DNA of 64,000 nt, taken from positions 189,098 to 253,097 of the forward strand of contig CAVPBT010000005.1 in the NCBI GenBank assembly GCA_963701935.1, in the 5' to 3' direction. The translations under genes were made by a program, and so were the position numbers. The notes under the pieces were generated by a model. The model did no database searches, had not been told where the DNA came from, and saw nothing but the letters and a program-made list of their open reading frames with translations. The DNA is from an uncultured Acidobacteriaceae bacterium (GTDB taxonomy: Bacteria > Acidobacteriota > Terriglobia > Terriglobales > Acidobacteriaceae). Each line of letters opens with the position of its first letter. Within the stretch, counting starts at the first letter, position 1. Positions 1 to 12,664 of this stretch are shown here, one piece after another.

Positions 1-217
1 GCCTGAGCACATCGTGCCTTTCCTCGACGTCGCCTTTGAATCGTTCGGCCCAGATCGTCTCATGATCGGTTCTGACTGGCCTGTGTGCCTCGTGGCTGCG
101 TCGTATGCTCGGACCGTCGAAGTCGTAAAGACATACTTGCTCGAGAAGAACTCGGATTGTCGCGAGGCCATACTCGGTCGCAACACCCAGAGGTTCTGGC
201 GTCTGCCAGGTCGTTGA
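1..217 (+). CDS. amidohydrolase-family protein, C-terminal fragment (gene starts left of window); candidate sugar lactonase of the adjacent cluster
   Basis: The frame is open from the window edge to the stop at 215-217. The tail ...PDRLMIGSDWPVC...REAILGRNTQRFW resembles the conserved C-terminus of amidohydrolase-2 TIM-barrel lactonases. It is co-directional with the sugar-acid genes that follow. Confidence 0.55.
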   Translation, partial: PEHIVPFLDVAFESFGPDRLMIGSDWPVCLVAASYARTVEVVKTYLLEKNSDCREAILGRNTQRFWRLPGR

Positions 218-275
218 GAATCCTCCGGAAGCTTCGCCGGACCGATGTTTTACAATAGGCGGACTCGAAGCTGCC

Positions 276-1922
276 ATGCATCCCAACGTGCTCCAACTCG
301 ACTCCCGCGACAACGTTTTGATCGCCCTCACCGACTTGAAGGCCGGCGAACGAATCGAATTCGGGGGCCAAGTACACATTCTTCCCAAGAACGTTCCCGC
401 CAAACACAAGTTCGCCAGGCGAAGCCTCGCCCCCGGCGACGATGTCGTGATGTACGGAGTTCTGGTTGGCCGAGCGGTCAAGCCCATAGCAGCAGGTGAA
501 CTCCTGACGGTTGGCAACATCCAACATCAGGCCTCACCCTTTCAAGAACAGACGGGTGAATTCGGGTGGACGCCGCCCAGCGTTTCGCATCGGCAGCAGC
601 AAACGTTCAAGGGATATCGCCGCTCCGATGGTCAGGTCGGCACACGCAACTATTGGCTCGTCGTCCCTCTCGTGTTTTGCGAGAACAAGAACATCCAAGT
701 TCTGAAGCAGGCTTTCGAAGAAGAACTCGGGTTCGCAGCACCTCAACTCTACCGCCGCCAGGTGGCCGAACTAGCAACGCTCTATCGACAAGGACATGCG
801 GGTGCGATCAAGGATCACTCCCTGCCAGATGCAGTTCCCACGCAGCGCAGCCGCCTGTTCGAAAATGTCGATGGCATCCGTTTTCTGCTCCACGAAGGCG
901 GCTGTGGCGGCACGCGGGAAGACTCCAACAACCTATGCGGCCTAATCGCCGGCTACATTCACCACCCGAACGTAGCGGGTGCCACAGTCCTTAGCCTCGG
1001 TTGCCAGCACGCGCAAATTCCGATCCTGCGCGACGAGATTCGCAAACGCAATCCCAAGTTCGATAAGCCGCTGGTCATCCTTGAACAGCAACGCAGCGGC
1101 TCCGAAGCGCAGATGATGTCGGACGCGATCCGGCAGACGTTTCTCGGTCTGGTCGAAGCCAACAAGGCGCGGCGCACTCCCGCTCCTCTCGCCGATTTGT
1201 GCGTCGGCCTGAAGTGCGGAGGCTCGGACGGCTTCTCCGGCATTTCCGCGAATCCCGCCATCGGGCACACCGCCGACTTGCTCGCCGCGCTGGGTGGACG
1301 CACGATCCTCTCGGAGTTCCCCGAACTCTGCGGCGTGGAACAGGAACTCATCAACCGCAGCAAGAACAAGCGAGTCGGCAACCGTTTCATTCAACTCATG
1401 CGCGACTACGCAGCCCGCGCCGCCGCCGTACGCTCCGGCTTCGACATGAATCCTTCTCCAGGAAATATGCGCGACGGACTGTTAACCGACGCTATGAAGT
1501 CGGCCGGCGCAGCCAAGAAGGGGGGCACGTCCCCGGTAACAGCCGTACTAGATTACCCCGAGTACTCAACTGAGCGAGGCCTGAATCTGCAGTGCACGCC
1601 CGGCAACGACGTCGAGTGCGTCACGGCGCAAGTGGGCGCGGGTGCAAGCGTGGTCTTGTTCACCACCGGTCTCGGCACGCCCACAGGAAATCCGATCACT
1701 CCGGTCGTGAAGCTTTCGACGAACTCGGATCTGGCGCAACGCATGCACGACATCATTGACATCGATACCGGAGCTGTCGTTTCAGGAGAGAAGACGATCG
1801 AGCAAATGGGAGAGGCGATTCTGGATCTCGTGATTCAAGTAGCGAGCGGCGACGTCCGAACCAAGGCGGAGCAGAAGGCACAGGAAGATTTCATTCCCTG
1901 GAAGAGAGGCGTGTCCCTGTGA
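276..1922 (+). CDS. UxaA (altronate dehydratase) family sugar-acid dehydratase
   Basis: 548-aa ORF. It has a SAF-type N-domain (NVLIALTDLKAGERIEF) followed by a UxaA-type core (HEGGCGGTREDSNNLCG, GLKCGGSDGFSGISANPAIGH). The stop overlaps the next start (GTGA at 1919-1922). Confidence 0.85.
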   Translation: MHPNVLQLDSRDNVLIALTDLKAGERIEFGGQVHILPKNVPAKHKFARRSLAPGDDVVMYGVLVGRAVKPIAAGELLTVGNIQHQASPFQEQTGEFGWTPPSVSHRQQQTFKGYRRSDGQVGTRNYWLVVPLVFCENKNIQVLKQAFEEELGFAAPQLYRRQVAELATLYRQGHAGAIKDHSLPDAVPTQRSRLFENVDGIRFLLHEGGCGGTREDSNNLCGLIAGYIHHPNVAGATVLSLGCQHAQIPILRDEIRKRNPKFDKPLVILEQQRSGSEAQMMSDAIRQTFLGLVEANKARRTPAPLADLCVGLKCGGSDGFSGISANPAIGHTADLLAALGGRTILSEFPELCGVEQELINRSKNKRVGNRFIQLMRDYAARAAAVRSGFDMNPSPGNMRDGLLTDAMKSAGAAKKGGTSPVTAVLDYPEYSTERGLNLQCTPGNDVECVTAQVGAGASVVLFTTGLGTPTGNPITPVVKLSTNSDLAQRMHDIIDIDTGAVVSGEKTIEQMGEAILDLVIQVASGDVRTKAEQKAQEDFIPWKRGVSL

Positions 1923-2713
1923 CCAATCAAGCCGCGCAGACCATACGCCTCGACGGCAAAGTCGCTGTCGTGACTGGCGGGGGCAGCGGGATTGGGGAAG
2001 CCATTGCTCTGACATTCGCAGCACACGGCGCGACGATTCGTATACTCGATGTGAATGAACTCGCCGCGACCGCAACGTGCGAGAAGATCGCTGCCGCCGG
2101 TGGCACCGCCTCGCCCCACCTCTGCGATGTGACCAGCCAGCCCGATGTGAAGGCCTCGTTCGACCAGCTTTTCCGCCACGACCGCATTCACATTCTGATT
2201 AATAACGCCGGAATCTCGCATGTCGGCACAGTCGAGAGCACTACCGAGGCCGACTTCGATCGCGTTGTTCGAGTGAACATCAAAGGGTTCTATAACTGCA
2301 TGCACGCAGCGGTCGGGCATATGAAAGACTCGGGCGGCGGAGCAATTCTGAACATGGCGTCGATCGCCGGATCATCTGGGCTCCCTGACCGCTTCGCCTA
2401 CTCGATGAGTAAAGGCGCGGTCATCGCCATGACTTATTCTGTGGCCCGGGATTATCTTCCTTACAACATCCGTTGCAACTGCATTTCCCCCGCCCGGGTT
2501 CACACGCCGTTTGTGGACGACTATCTGCAGAAGAACTATCCGGGGCGAGAGCAGGAAATGTTCGAGAAGCTCGCGAAATCGCAACCCATCGGTCGAATGG
2601 GCGAACCGGCCGAAGTCGCGTCTCTAGCATTGTTCTTGTGCTCGGACGAAGCTGCATTCATTACTGGGGTGGACTATCCGATCGATGGCGGCTTCTTCAA
2701 CCTGCGAGGCTAG
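1919..2713 (+). CDS. short-chain dehydrogenase/reductase (SDR)
   Basis: 264 aa. It has a Rossmann TGGGSGIGEA motif, an NNAG motif and a catalytic YSMSKGA (Tyr-x3-Lys). Confidence 0.85.
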   Translation: MTNQAAQTIRLDGKVAVVTGGGSGIGEAIALTFAAHGATIRILDVNELAATATCEKIAAAGGTASPHLCDVTSQPDVKASFDQLFRHDRIHILINNAGISHVGTVESTTEADFDRVVRVNIKGFYNCMHAAVGHMKDSGGGAILNMASIAGSSGLPDRFAYSMSKGAVIAMTYSVARDYLPYNIRCNCISPARVHTPFVDDYLQKNYPGREQEMFEKLAKSQPIGRMGEPAEVASLALFLCSDEAAFITGVDYPIDGGFFNLRG

Positions 2714-2728
2714 AATTTGCGAGGCTAG

Positions 2729-4832
<2,104 letters not shown>

Positions 4833-4836
<4 letters not shown>

Positions 4837-5171
4837 AACGACGCTTCTGCCTGACGCTCGATTTGAAAGACGATCCCACATTGATCGCCGAATACAAGCG
4901 CTATCACGAGAAGATCTGGCCGGACATTACCCGCAGCATCAAAGACTCCGGCATCGCCGACATGGAGATCTATCTGCTCGGCACACGCATGTTCATGATC
5001 ATGGACGTGAACGAGTCTTTCTCGTTCGAGGCCAAGAGCAAAGCAGATCGGCTCAACCCAAAGGTGCAAGAGTGGGAGACACTCATGAGCACGTTCCAAC
5101 AATTGTTGCCCCAGGCCAAGCCCGGCGAAAAATGGCTGCTGATGCAACGAGTATTCAAGTTGGAAGAGTAG
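4833..5171 (+). CDS. RhaM/DUF718-family sugar mutarotase
   Basis: 112 aa. The segments ...DDPTLIAEYKRYHEKIWPDI...EIYLLGTRMFMIM... fit the L-rhamnose mutarotase family. The start forms an ATGA overlap with the fucP stop. Confidence 0.8.
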
Positions 5172-5175
5172 GATG

Positions 5176-7503
5176 TTACGGCCGCTCCGGCCAAGCGTGC
5201 CGGGGATACCGTCGCATCAATTCCCGCCGCACTTCTGGATAGAGTGGTTCCCAGAACCCAGCTAGATCTGCCGTCGTCTGTACGGCCCGCTGATTCGGGG
5301 CCAGCAAGTGAACCACGACTGGTGTGCGCTCAGGGCCGATGCGGGGCGTATCGTGCATGCCAAAGAAATCCTGCAGCCGAGATGCGATCCAGGGCGGCTT
5401 CCCTCGCTCATAATGAACCTTGGTCTGGCGGCCCTTCTGCAGACGGATGGATTCCGGGGCGAGTTCGCGAAACCGCCGCGCACCGATCTTCTGTTCGAGT
5501 ATCGAGACGAAGTCAGCCGCTGCCTTCCTCAATTCGGCAAAGCTTCGCAGTCCGACGCACAATTCATGCAGTGCCTGCGAAGTATCCGGCGCCTCGAGGC
5601 CAGCAAACTCGACCCGCCCCAGGAAGTGATTCACATCCTCGAGGTCAACGAAACGCTCGATGCCTACTTCCATCGCCTTCTGGGCAAGTAGTTCGGCTGC
5701 GGATTGCGCGTCGGGTAACGCGCCTCGCGATTCCTGAATCACCAGTTCGTCATACAGCAGAGCACTCACCGCATCCACTCGCTCGGCCACCCGATTCCAC
5801 ACCACGCCGGATTGCTCCTTCACGCGATCCGAGAACAGATCGATCAGCCATTCCGGCTCAATGCGCGCAGTCATTCGAACCAGGGGCAGAGGCTTTTCCT
5901 TACGATCTTCGGCATCCACGGCAACCATGAACTCATACCGCGGAGGCTCACTAGCCAATTCCGCCGACCCGCCCGTCGAAAGCAGCATCTGCTTCCCTGC
6001 CCGCAGCCTCGCCACTCGATCCGGAAATCCCGCGAGGACCGACATCAGCAGATCATCATCTTTATGTTTTTTCTTTCCCGAGATTCGCGCAATTCTTCGC
6101 AACTGATCGACGTGCTGCAACACTCGGTGGTCAAGTTCCACATCCATGGCGGCGAGTAGATCACTTTTCTCTGCGCGAACCCCCGACCCAAGAAGAGCTG
6201 CGGCTACGCATCCGGCGTCTCCCACGCCGCGCTCCACGGCTTCTACCAGAATTCGCGACAACCGTGGAGGCAGCGGATACCGCGCCAGACGCTGTGCCAT
6301 CTCTCCCCGAGCGCCGAGGCGATCGAGCAGCAATTCAGCCTGTTCGACTGCCTCCTCGACCGGAGCATCTAACCACGAGATATCGCGGACGTGAGCGATC
6401 CCCATCGCTCGCAGGGAGAGGCAAAGCTGCGATAGATCGCTGCGCAGAATCTCGGGCGCATCCTGCTCCGCCCTGCGCGCGTAATCCTCTTGTGTGTAGA
6501 GTCGCAGCACGCGGCCTGGCGCAGTCCGCCCCGCCCGTCCCGCTCGCTGTTTCGCCGACGCCTTGCTCACTCGGCCAACGTGCAGTGTCGGCAATCCGCT
6601 CCAGGGCGAGTACGCCGCGAAGCGCGCCAGCCCACTATCGATGACGGCGGTCACACCCTCAACCGTGATTGAGCTTTCCGCAACATTGGTGGCCAGAATC
6701 AGTTTTCTTTGAGCCGAAGGCGAGAGTGCCAGATCTTGCTCTCGGGGCGGCAAGCTCCCGTGGAGAGGAAGTAGCAACAATCCAAATTGCCGCGCCAGCG
6801 CGTCGCACGCCCGAATTGCACGACGAATCTCCACCGCGCCCGGCAGAAAGACCAGTGTGTCGCCGGCATGCCCTGTGTCGTTCAGGAGTCCCACCGCACT
6901 CGCCACCTGTGTCTCGAGTGGGTCGGGCGAATACGGCAAATGTTTAATCTCGAGGTCAAACAGTTTCCCTTCCGACCGGATGATGGGACAGCGCTTGAGA
7001 TATTGCGCTACAGGCTCGGCATCGAGAGTTGCTGACATGATGACGATTCGCAAATCGGGCCGCGTCTGCTGCAGTCGTTTCAGCAATGCCAACGCGAGAT
7101 CGCTTTCCAGGTGGCGCTCGTGGAATTCATCGAGCACCACCGCATCCACGCCCTTCAGTTGAGGATCGGAAAGCAGGCGGCGAGTCAGCACGCCTTCGGT
7201 GACAAATCGTAGGCGCGTGCGCGGACCAACCGCTTCTTCGAACCGAATCTGGTATCCGACCGTCTCGCCTACAGGTTCGCCAAGTTCCAACGCAACTCGA
7301 CGCGCCGCCAGCCGCGCCGCAATCCTGCGCGGCTCCAGCACGACGACCTCACCGCTCACCAACCCGAGCAGTGCCGGCGGCACGCGAGTGGTCTTGCCCG
7401 CCCCCGGAGCGGCTACGATCACCAGGTTGGGCTGCAGTTTTAAGGAGTCAAGAATCTCCGGCAGAATGGCATCCACCGGAAGAGGGGTTTTGCGGATCAG
7501 CAC
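5176..7503 (-). CDS. hrpB: ATP-dependent RNA helicase HrpB
   Basis: 775 aa. It has a Walker A (AAPGAGKTT), a DEAH-type box (LDEFHER), MSATL, and the HrpB-type C-terminal tail ...DLAGFWEPLYPEVRRELMRRYPRHAWPE. Confidence 0.9.
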   Translation of the reverse strand: MLIRKTPLPVDAILPEILDSLKLQPNLVIVAAPGAGKTTRVPPALLGLVSGEVVVLEPRRIAARLAARRVALELGEPVGETVGYQIRFEEAVGPRTRLRFVTEGVLTRRLLSDPQLKGVDAVVLDEFHERHLESDLALALLKRLQQTRPDLRIVIMSATLDAEPVAQYLKRCPIIRSEGKLFDLEIKHLPYSPDPLETQVASAVGLLNDTGHAGDTLVFLPGAVEIRRAIRACDALARQFGLLLLPLHGSLPPREQDLALSPSAQRKLILATNVAESSITVEGVTAVIDSGLARFAAYSPWSGLPTLHVGRVSKASAKQRAGRAGRTAPGRVLRLYTQEDYARRAEQDAPEILRSDLSQLCLSLRAMGIAHVRDISWLDAPVEEAVEQAELLLDRLGARGEMAQRLARYPLPPRLSRILVEAVERGVGDAGCVAAALLGSGVRAEKSDLLAAMDVELDHRVLQHVDQLRRIARISGKKKHKDDDLLMSVLAGFPDRVARLRAGKQMLLSTGGSAELASEPPRYEFMVAVDAEDRKEKPLPLVRMTARIEPEWLIDLFSDRVKEQSGVVWNRVAERVDAVSALLYDELVIQESRGALPDAQSAAELLAQKAMEVGIERFVDLEDVNHFLGRVEFAGLEAPDTSQALHELCVGLRSFAELRKAAADFVSILEQKIGARRFRELAPESIRLQKGRQTKVHYERGKPPWIASRLQDFFGMHDTPRIGPERTPVVVHLLAPNQRAVQTTADLAGFWEPLYPEVRRELMRRYPRHAWPERP

Positions 7504-7601
7504 TTCTCATCGAAACATGGCGCTTCGACTGGCGTCAAATGATGTCTTCTTCAGACGCTCGGGCTTTGACTTTTTCTCATGCCCTTCTTAACGTAGTTCA
7601 A

Positions 7602-8267
7602 ATGCCTGCTTACTTTACTCCAGAGCTTTTCCAGTTTCTCACCCGCCTCAAGCGTAACAACAAGCGCGAATGGTTCCAGGCGCATCAGGAAGAATGGGAA
7701 GGTGATGTACGCCAACCGGTGCTGCGATTCATCACGGACTTCGCCGCACCCCTATATGAGATCTCGCCCTATCTGGTCGCTGACCCGCGCCCTTCTCGCG
7801 GCTCCATGTTCCGCATCTACCGCGACACGCGATTCTCCCATGACAAGCACCCCTACAAAACGCACGTCGCCATGCGTTTCTCCCATCGCGGCAAAGATGT
7901 TCATTCGCCCGGTTTCTATCTTCATTTTGAGCCTGGCGGATGCTTCGCCGCTTCCGGTCTCTGGCATCCGGAGCCACCCACTCTGCTGAAAGTACGCAAC
8001 GCGATAGTGTCAACACCAAAGGAATGGCGCGCCGTCCACAAGCTTCTCAACTGGGACGACGCCAGCAAACTCAGCCGGGCGCCGCGCGGCTTCCCCGCCG
8101 ATCACGAATTCGTAGAGGATCTTAAGCTGCGCGATCTCGGCACCGCCGTAAACTTCACGGACCGGGAAGTGTGCAGCCCGAAGTTCATGGCGATCTTCGT
8201 TCAGGCGTGCCGCAAAATGTCCCCGGTCGCCGCGTTCCTCAGCCGCGCAGTTGGACTCAAATTTTAG
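7602..8267 (+). CDS. DUF2461 (TIGR02453) family protein
   Basis: I chose the ATG at 7602; the longer ORF-track frame from 7371 overlaps hrpB. The segments ...FQFLTRLKRNNKREWFQAH...FRIYRDTRFS...PGFYLHF... form the family signature. Confidence 0.8.
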   Translation: MPAYFTPELFQFLTRLKRNNKREWFQAHQEEWEGDVRQPVLRFITDFAAPLYEISPYLVADPRPSRGSMFRIYRDTRFSHDKHPYKTHVAMRFSHRGKDVHSPGFYLHFEPGGCFAASGLWHPEPPTLLKVRNAIVSTPKEWRAVHKLLNWDDASKLSRAPRGFPADHEFVEDLKLRDLGTAVNFTDREVCSPKFMAIFVQACRKMSPVAAFLSRAVGLKF

Positions 8268-8304
8268 GCTACGCAACGTCAGGCGCTAAGAAACACGGGA
8301 CAGG

Positions 8305-10083
8305 TTATGCCACCACTGAAGTATCCGCCTCCCGATATAGCTCGTCGATCTGCTCGCGATAGCGCGCCTCGATCGCCTTGCGCCGAAGCTTCAACGTTGG
8401 GGTCAGAGTGCCGTCGCTGGCGGTAAATTCATCCGGCACTAGCAGGATCTTTTTCAGCGTCTCGTACCGGGCCAGGCCACGGTTCAGTTCGTCCACAATA
8501 CCTTCATAAAGTGCCTTGACCTTGGGGTGGGCCACCAGTTCTTCGCGGGATGAGAAAGATATTTGGTTGCCGCGCGCCCATTCCTCCAACAACACGAACT
8601 CCGGGGAGATAATCACCGACGCAAATTTTCTTCGGTCTCCCAGCACCACCGCAGTTCCAATCATCGCGTTGAGTTTCAGCGAATTCTCGACCGGCTGCGG
8701 CGCAATAAATTTCCCCCCCGACGTCTTCAGCAGATCTTTTTTGCGATCGGTCACCGACAGAAATCCGTCTTCGTCCAGATTGCCAATGTCTCCGGTCTTA
8801 AACCAGCCATCCACGAAGGCGTCCCGCGTCTCTTCGGGCCGGTTCCAATAGGCACGGAAAATCGAAGGACCGCGCACCAGAATCTCCAGATCGTGCGCAA
8901 TCTGCACTTCAACATTGGGCAGGGGACGGCCCACGGTGCCCATCTTGTGAGCGTGCGGCGTGTTGATTGCGATGACCGGTGAGGTCTCCGTCAGACCATA
9001 GCCTTCATGAATCCGAATGCCGATGTTCGCATACCATGCTGCCAGTTCTCTGCCCAGCGGCGCTCCTCCGGAGACGAATATTTCCACTTGTCCACCCATC
9101 CGCGCCCTGACCTGCGAATACACGAGTTTGCGCGCCAACTTCCACGCCACTGATGCCGGCTCCTTGCCCGCCAGAATCTTAGGCCGGTGGGCCCGTCCTA
9201 CGGAAAGAGCCCAACGGTAAATGGTCTGCTTCGCCAGTCCTTTGGCTTTCTGTTCCACCTGGCTGTAGATCTTTTCGTACACACGTGGCACGGCCACGAA
9301 AATCGTGGGCCGGACCTCCATTAACACTTGCGGCAACTCCTCGATGGAAGGGCAATATGCCAGCGTCACGCCGTTATGCAGCAACGCGATATCCGCATGA
9401 CGCGCCGTAACATGCGACAGAGGAAGAAACGACACACTGACGTGGCCAGGATGAATATCGAAACCGTGCAAAGAGTTCAGCACATTCGAAGTCAAATTCC
9501 CATGCGTCAGTTGTACGCCCTTTGAGGTTCCAGTCGTCCCTGACGTATAGATGATGGACGCGAGGTCGTCAGGAGCGACCGCGTGCGCGCGGGCATCGAG
9601 TTCTGGATCTCGTCCAGCCGGGCCCTTGTGCATCAGTCGCTGCATATGTACCGCATCAGGGGTCTCGGCAGGATCCATCAACACGATCTTCTCGATCGGA
9701 GTCTGGTCGCGGATGGACAGGACCTTTTCCAGTTGCTTCTCCGTGGACACCACCACCACTCTTGCTCCTGAATCGCAAAGAATGTAGGCGGTTTGCTGAG
9801 CCGTGAGGGTCGAGTAGATGGGCACAACCGCAAGCCCCAGCATCAGCGATGCAAAATCGGCGACAGCCCACTCCGGCCGATTCTCGCTTAAGATGGCAAG
9901 GCGGTCCCCCTTGTTCAACCCCCACTGGCTGAGCGCCCGCGCCACACCCGCCACATCGCGGTAAAACTGCTGCGAGCTGATGGGAACCCACGCGGAGCCC
10001 TCGCGAGCCAGCATCACGCGATCTTGCCGGCGCTCCACGATGGCGAAGAAGATGTCATTAAGAGTCTGAGGTTTCGTAGGCAT
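8305..10083 (-). CDS. long-chain fatty acid-CoA ligase (AMP-binding family)
   Basis: It carries AMP-binding motifs IYTSGTTGTSKGV, GYGLTETSP and DRKKDLLKTSGGKFIAPQ. I moved the start to the ATG at 10083, which is preceded by GAGGGGGA. Confidence 0.85.
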   Translation of the reverse strand: MPTKPQTLNDIFFAIVERRQDRVMLAREGSAWVPISSQQFYRDVAGVARALSQWGLNKGDRLAILSENRPEWAVADFASLMLGLAVVPIYSTLTAQQTAYILCDSGARVVVVSTEKQLEKVLSIRDQTPIEKIVLMDPAETPDAVHMQRLMHKGPAGRDPELDARAHAVAPDDLASIIYTSGTTGTSKGVQLTHGNLTSNVLNSLHGFDIHPGHVSVSFLPLSHVTARHADIALLHNGVTLAYCPSIEELPQVLMEVRPTIFVAVPRVYEKIYSQVEQKAKGLAKQTIYRWALSVGRAHRPKILAGKEPASVAWKLARKLVYSQVRARMGGQVEIFVSGGAPLGRELAAWYANIGIRIHEGYGLTETSPVIAINTPHAHKMGTVGRPLPNVEVQIAHDLEILVRGPSIFRAYWNRPEETRDAFVDGWFKTGDIGNLDEDGFLSVTDRKKDLLKTSGGKFIAPQPVENSLKLNAMIGTAVVLGDRRKFASVIISPEFVLLEEWARGNQISFSSREELVAHPKVKALYEGIVDELNRGLARYETLKKILLVPDEFTASDGTLTPTLKLRRKAIEARYREQIDELYREADTSVVA

Positions 10084-10167
10084 GGTTTCCCCCTCACGTC
10101 GCGAAAGGAAGATCATCCGCCGTCCTGAACCGGTGGTTGCGAAGAGCTCTTCTACGTTACTGCTCCG

Positions 10168-10863
10168 CTACTTGAGATGACCCCAGCGAAATGTCGGGCC
10201 AACAGAGAAGCGAATATAGTTCTGCCGGGGTACCAGCAAGTTTGAAAACAGGTGAGTGTTCACCCAATCAGTCGCGAACCGCACGCCAATCTTCCGCGAC
10301 ACGTTGAGGTCGAACCCCCCGCCTAAGCCAAAGAACAGTTCGGTATCGCTCTGATGCGAGTTGGGAATTGGAATCTGCAGGTACCCAAACAAGGGCACCA
10401 GAGGGCTGGGGAAAGCTATATTTGCATTCTCGTGGATTCCGCCAAAGCCGGGGCGTGCAAAGAATGTAACTTTCTGCCACTTGCGCAGGTAGAATTGCGG
10501 TCCTGCGGCAAACGTGTAAGTCCTCGACTTAAACGCCACGGAGATTGAGCTTGCTCCCCCAGGCACTAGTCCCGACTGGTTTATCGCGTTAGCGTAGACG
10601 GTCTCGCTGCCGTTAATGGTTCCGGCACCGCTGATGACGCCGTCGCCCATAATCCCGAAGTCACCGCCCAGACCCAGCCAAGGTCTCACCGTAACTCCGA
10701 AATCCGATTCAAATCCGCGCTCGGTCAGGTTGCGGGCCGGGCTGATCATGTAATCGAAGCCGGTAAACAGTGTGTAGCGGTTAATGTCGGTCTGCTGCGC
10801 CAAAGCGGGCAGACAAATAAGAACTATAAAGCCGCAAAACAGTAAACGTCTCATCGGTCTCAT
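10168..10863 (-). CDS. small outer-membrane beta-barrel protein (OmpW/OMP_b-brl-like)
   Basis: The ATG at 10863 follows AAAGGTGG. The signal peptide is MRPMRRLLFCGFIVLICLPALAQQ. The rest shows an alternating Gly/aromatic-rich beta-strand pattern. Confidence 0.65.
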   Translation of the reverse strand: MRPMRRLLFCGFIVLICLPALAQQTDINRYTLFTGFDYMISPARNLTERGFESDFGVTVRPWLGLGGDFGIMGDGVISGAGTINGSETVYANAINQSGLVPGGASSISVAFKSRTYTFAAGPQFYLRKWQKVTFFARPGFGGIHENANIAFPSPLVPLFGYLQIPIPNSHQSDTELFFGLGGGFDLNVSRKIGVRFATDWVNTHLFSNLLVPRQNYIRFSVGPTFRWGHLK

Positions 10864-11032
10864 GTTCCACCTTTCTGGGAATTCAGTCATAGAGAAGAGA
10901 CTTGCGCCGAAAAAAGAAAAAGACGACTCGAATGCGGTACAGACGACTCTCGTGGTTGGACCTTCCGATACCCTGGCAAACTTCCGAACTCTTCCCATAG
11001 GGGCTACTTCCCTAGCCCTAACTCTCAGCGCA

Positions 11033-12631
11033 CTACGCGACAATCAATTGGGTCAGAGGATTCTCCTGCATGGTCGCTGGACCGGGCTCGAGCACTCTTT
11101 TCGGTTCCAGCAGAGCAATATTGCTCGCCGCTGGAACCGGTGCGACCGCGGTCTTTGTTATTGCCGGCATAGCGATTGAATTCCCGCGCCGTCTCCGGCG
11201 TACTTTCTTCTTCTGCGGTGGCCCGATTCCAACCGAGTCGCGCAATTCCGTGAAGCTCGTCATCAGCAAGCTCTCCAGCCGTCGCAGATCCGGGGCCGCA
11301 TGCACATCTCCACTGAAACCGAAGTAAACCGCGCCGTTGTAGCTTAAGATTGCGCAGTTCACCGCCATCTCTCCGCCCACCGGAACATACGGATAGCAAT
11401 GCAACATCTTGTGTCCGAGCAGGTAGAGCGGAAACTGCGGCCCGGGCACATTCGTGCATACCAGGTTGAAGGGTGTGATGGGCAGTTGGCTCGCGATCGG
11501 ACCGGCCATGCCTTGCACGGAAGTCGGGAACATCCCAATCAGACCGCCCGCCAGGCTAACGAGTTCAGCGGCGTGCACGCGCTTCAGGAATTCGGTTCGA
11601 TGGTGTACGCCTGCCAGCAACTTTCGCGGGCTCCGAATATCTAGCGGAATGGTGACAGGAACCAGCGAAATGCGGTTCCCCAACTCCGTGGTGCTGACGT
11701 CGCCGCGCAAGTTGACAGGAACCATGATCCGAAGCAGTTTTCCCTTCACGCGGTCGCCATGCAGTTCACAGTAACGGCGGATGGTCGCAGTCACCAAAGC
11801 GAGAATCACATCATTGACACTGGTTCCGCTCTTATGACGGATGGCTTTGACGTCCGCCAGCGGAAGTTCGGCGGTGGCAAATTTCTGAGGCCCGGTATAG
11901 ATCACGTTGAACCGCAGTCGCTCGGTAAACGCCGTGATCTCGGGTAGCAGGCCCACAAACTCGTCGCTGGCCACGCTGTCGCCGTTCGCAGCGGCACGTT
12001 CCGTCATGCTCAACAGATCGGTGAGTGCGGAGAGAATCCGCTTCACGAAATCAGAATAGGATTCAACGAACCCTGCGGTCAGCGTCGTCAGCGGGTCGCG
12101 CGGCCGGGGAACCTGCAACTTAATCTTCTTCTTGGGCAAGCGCGGCGCGTCCGGGCTCGCATCCAGAAGCACATTCATGATGCCGACACCCGCAATGCCA
12201 TCCGCCAGGCAGTGGTGCAGTCGGATAATGAGCCCGGTGCGAGCCCCCTTGAGCCCGTGAATGAGTGTGAGATCCCACAATGGGTGTTGCCGGTCCATCA
12301 CGGTGCCAAAAAGCTTTCCGGCAATCCCCATCAACTCTATTTCGGTACCGTGTTTGAGCGTCACCTCGCGCACGTGACGGCGCACATCGAATTCCGGATC
12401 GTACTCCCAACTGGGAAGCCCGAGCCCGAACGGTGCTGGTACGACGCGCTTCAGATAGCGAGGAAGAAGCGGCAGCTTCGTCTCGATGAACTGGACGCAT
12501 TCTTCAAATCCAACTTCGCCCTCGAAGATGCATACGCTTGCTACATTGAGCGGCATGCCTTCCCGCTCAAGATGCAGGAAGACCGTATCACCCCAGGAAA
12601 GGCGGTCACTCTGTTGCTGGTTCTGCATCAC
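11033..12631 (-). CDS. wax ester synthase/diacylglycerol acyltransferase (WS/DGAT)
   Basis: 532 aa. It has the active-site HHCLADG (HHxxxDG) motif, N-terminal ...DTVFLHLE... and C-terminal ...NVPGPQFPLYLLG... typical of the family. Confidence 0.85.
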   Translation of the reverse strand: MMQNQQQSDRLSWGDTVFLHLEREGMPLNVASVCIFEGEVGFEECVQFIETKLPLLPRYLKRVVPAPFGLGLPSWEYDPEFDVRRHVREVTLKHGTEIELMGIAGKLFGTVMDRQHPLWDLTLIHGLKGARTGLIIRLHHCLADGIAGVGIMNVLLDASPDAPRLPKKKIKLQVPRPRDPLTTLTAGFVESYSDFVKRILSALTDLLSMTERAAANGDSVASDEFVGLLPEITAFTERLRFNVIYTGPQKFATAELPLADVKAIRHKSGTSVNDVILALVTATIRRYCELHGDRVKGKLLRIMVPVNLRGDVSTTELGNRISLVPVTIPLDIRSPRKLLAGVHHRTEFLKRVHAAELVSLAGGLIGMFPTSVQGMAGPIASQLPITPFNLVCTNVPGPQFPLYLLGHKMLHCYPYVPVGGEMAVNCAILSYNGAVYFGFSGDVHAAPDLRRLESLLMTSFTELRDSVGIGPPQKKKVRRRRRGNSIAMPAITKTAVAPVPAASNIALLEPKRVLEPGPATMQENPLTQLIVA

Positions 12632-12664
12632 TGCTCTCCCTCGATCATTCGCCCGGCGGGGCGT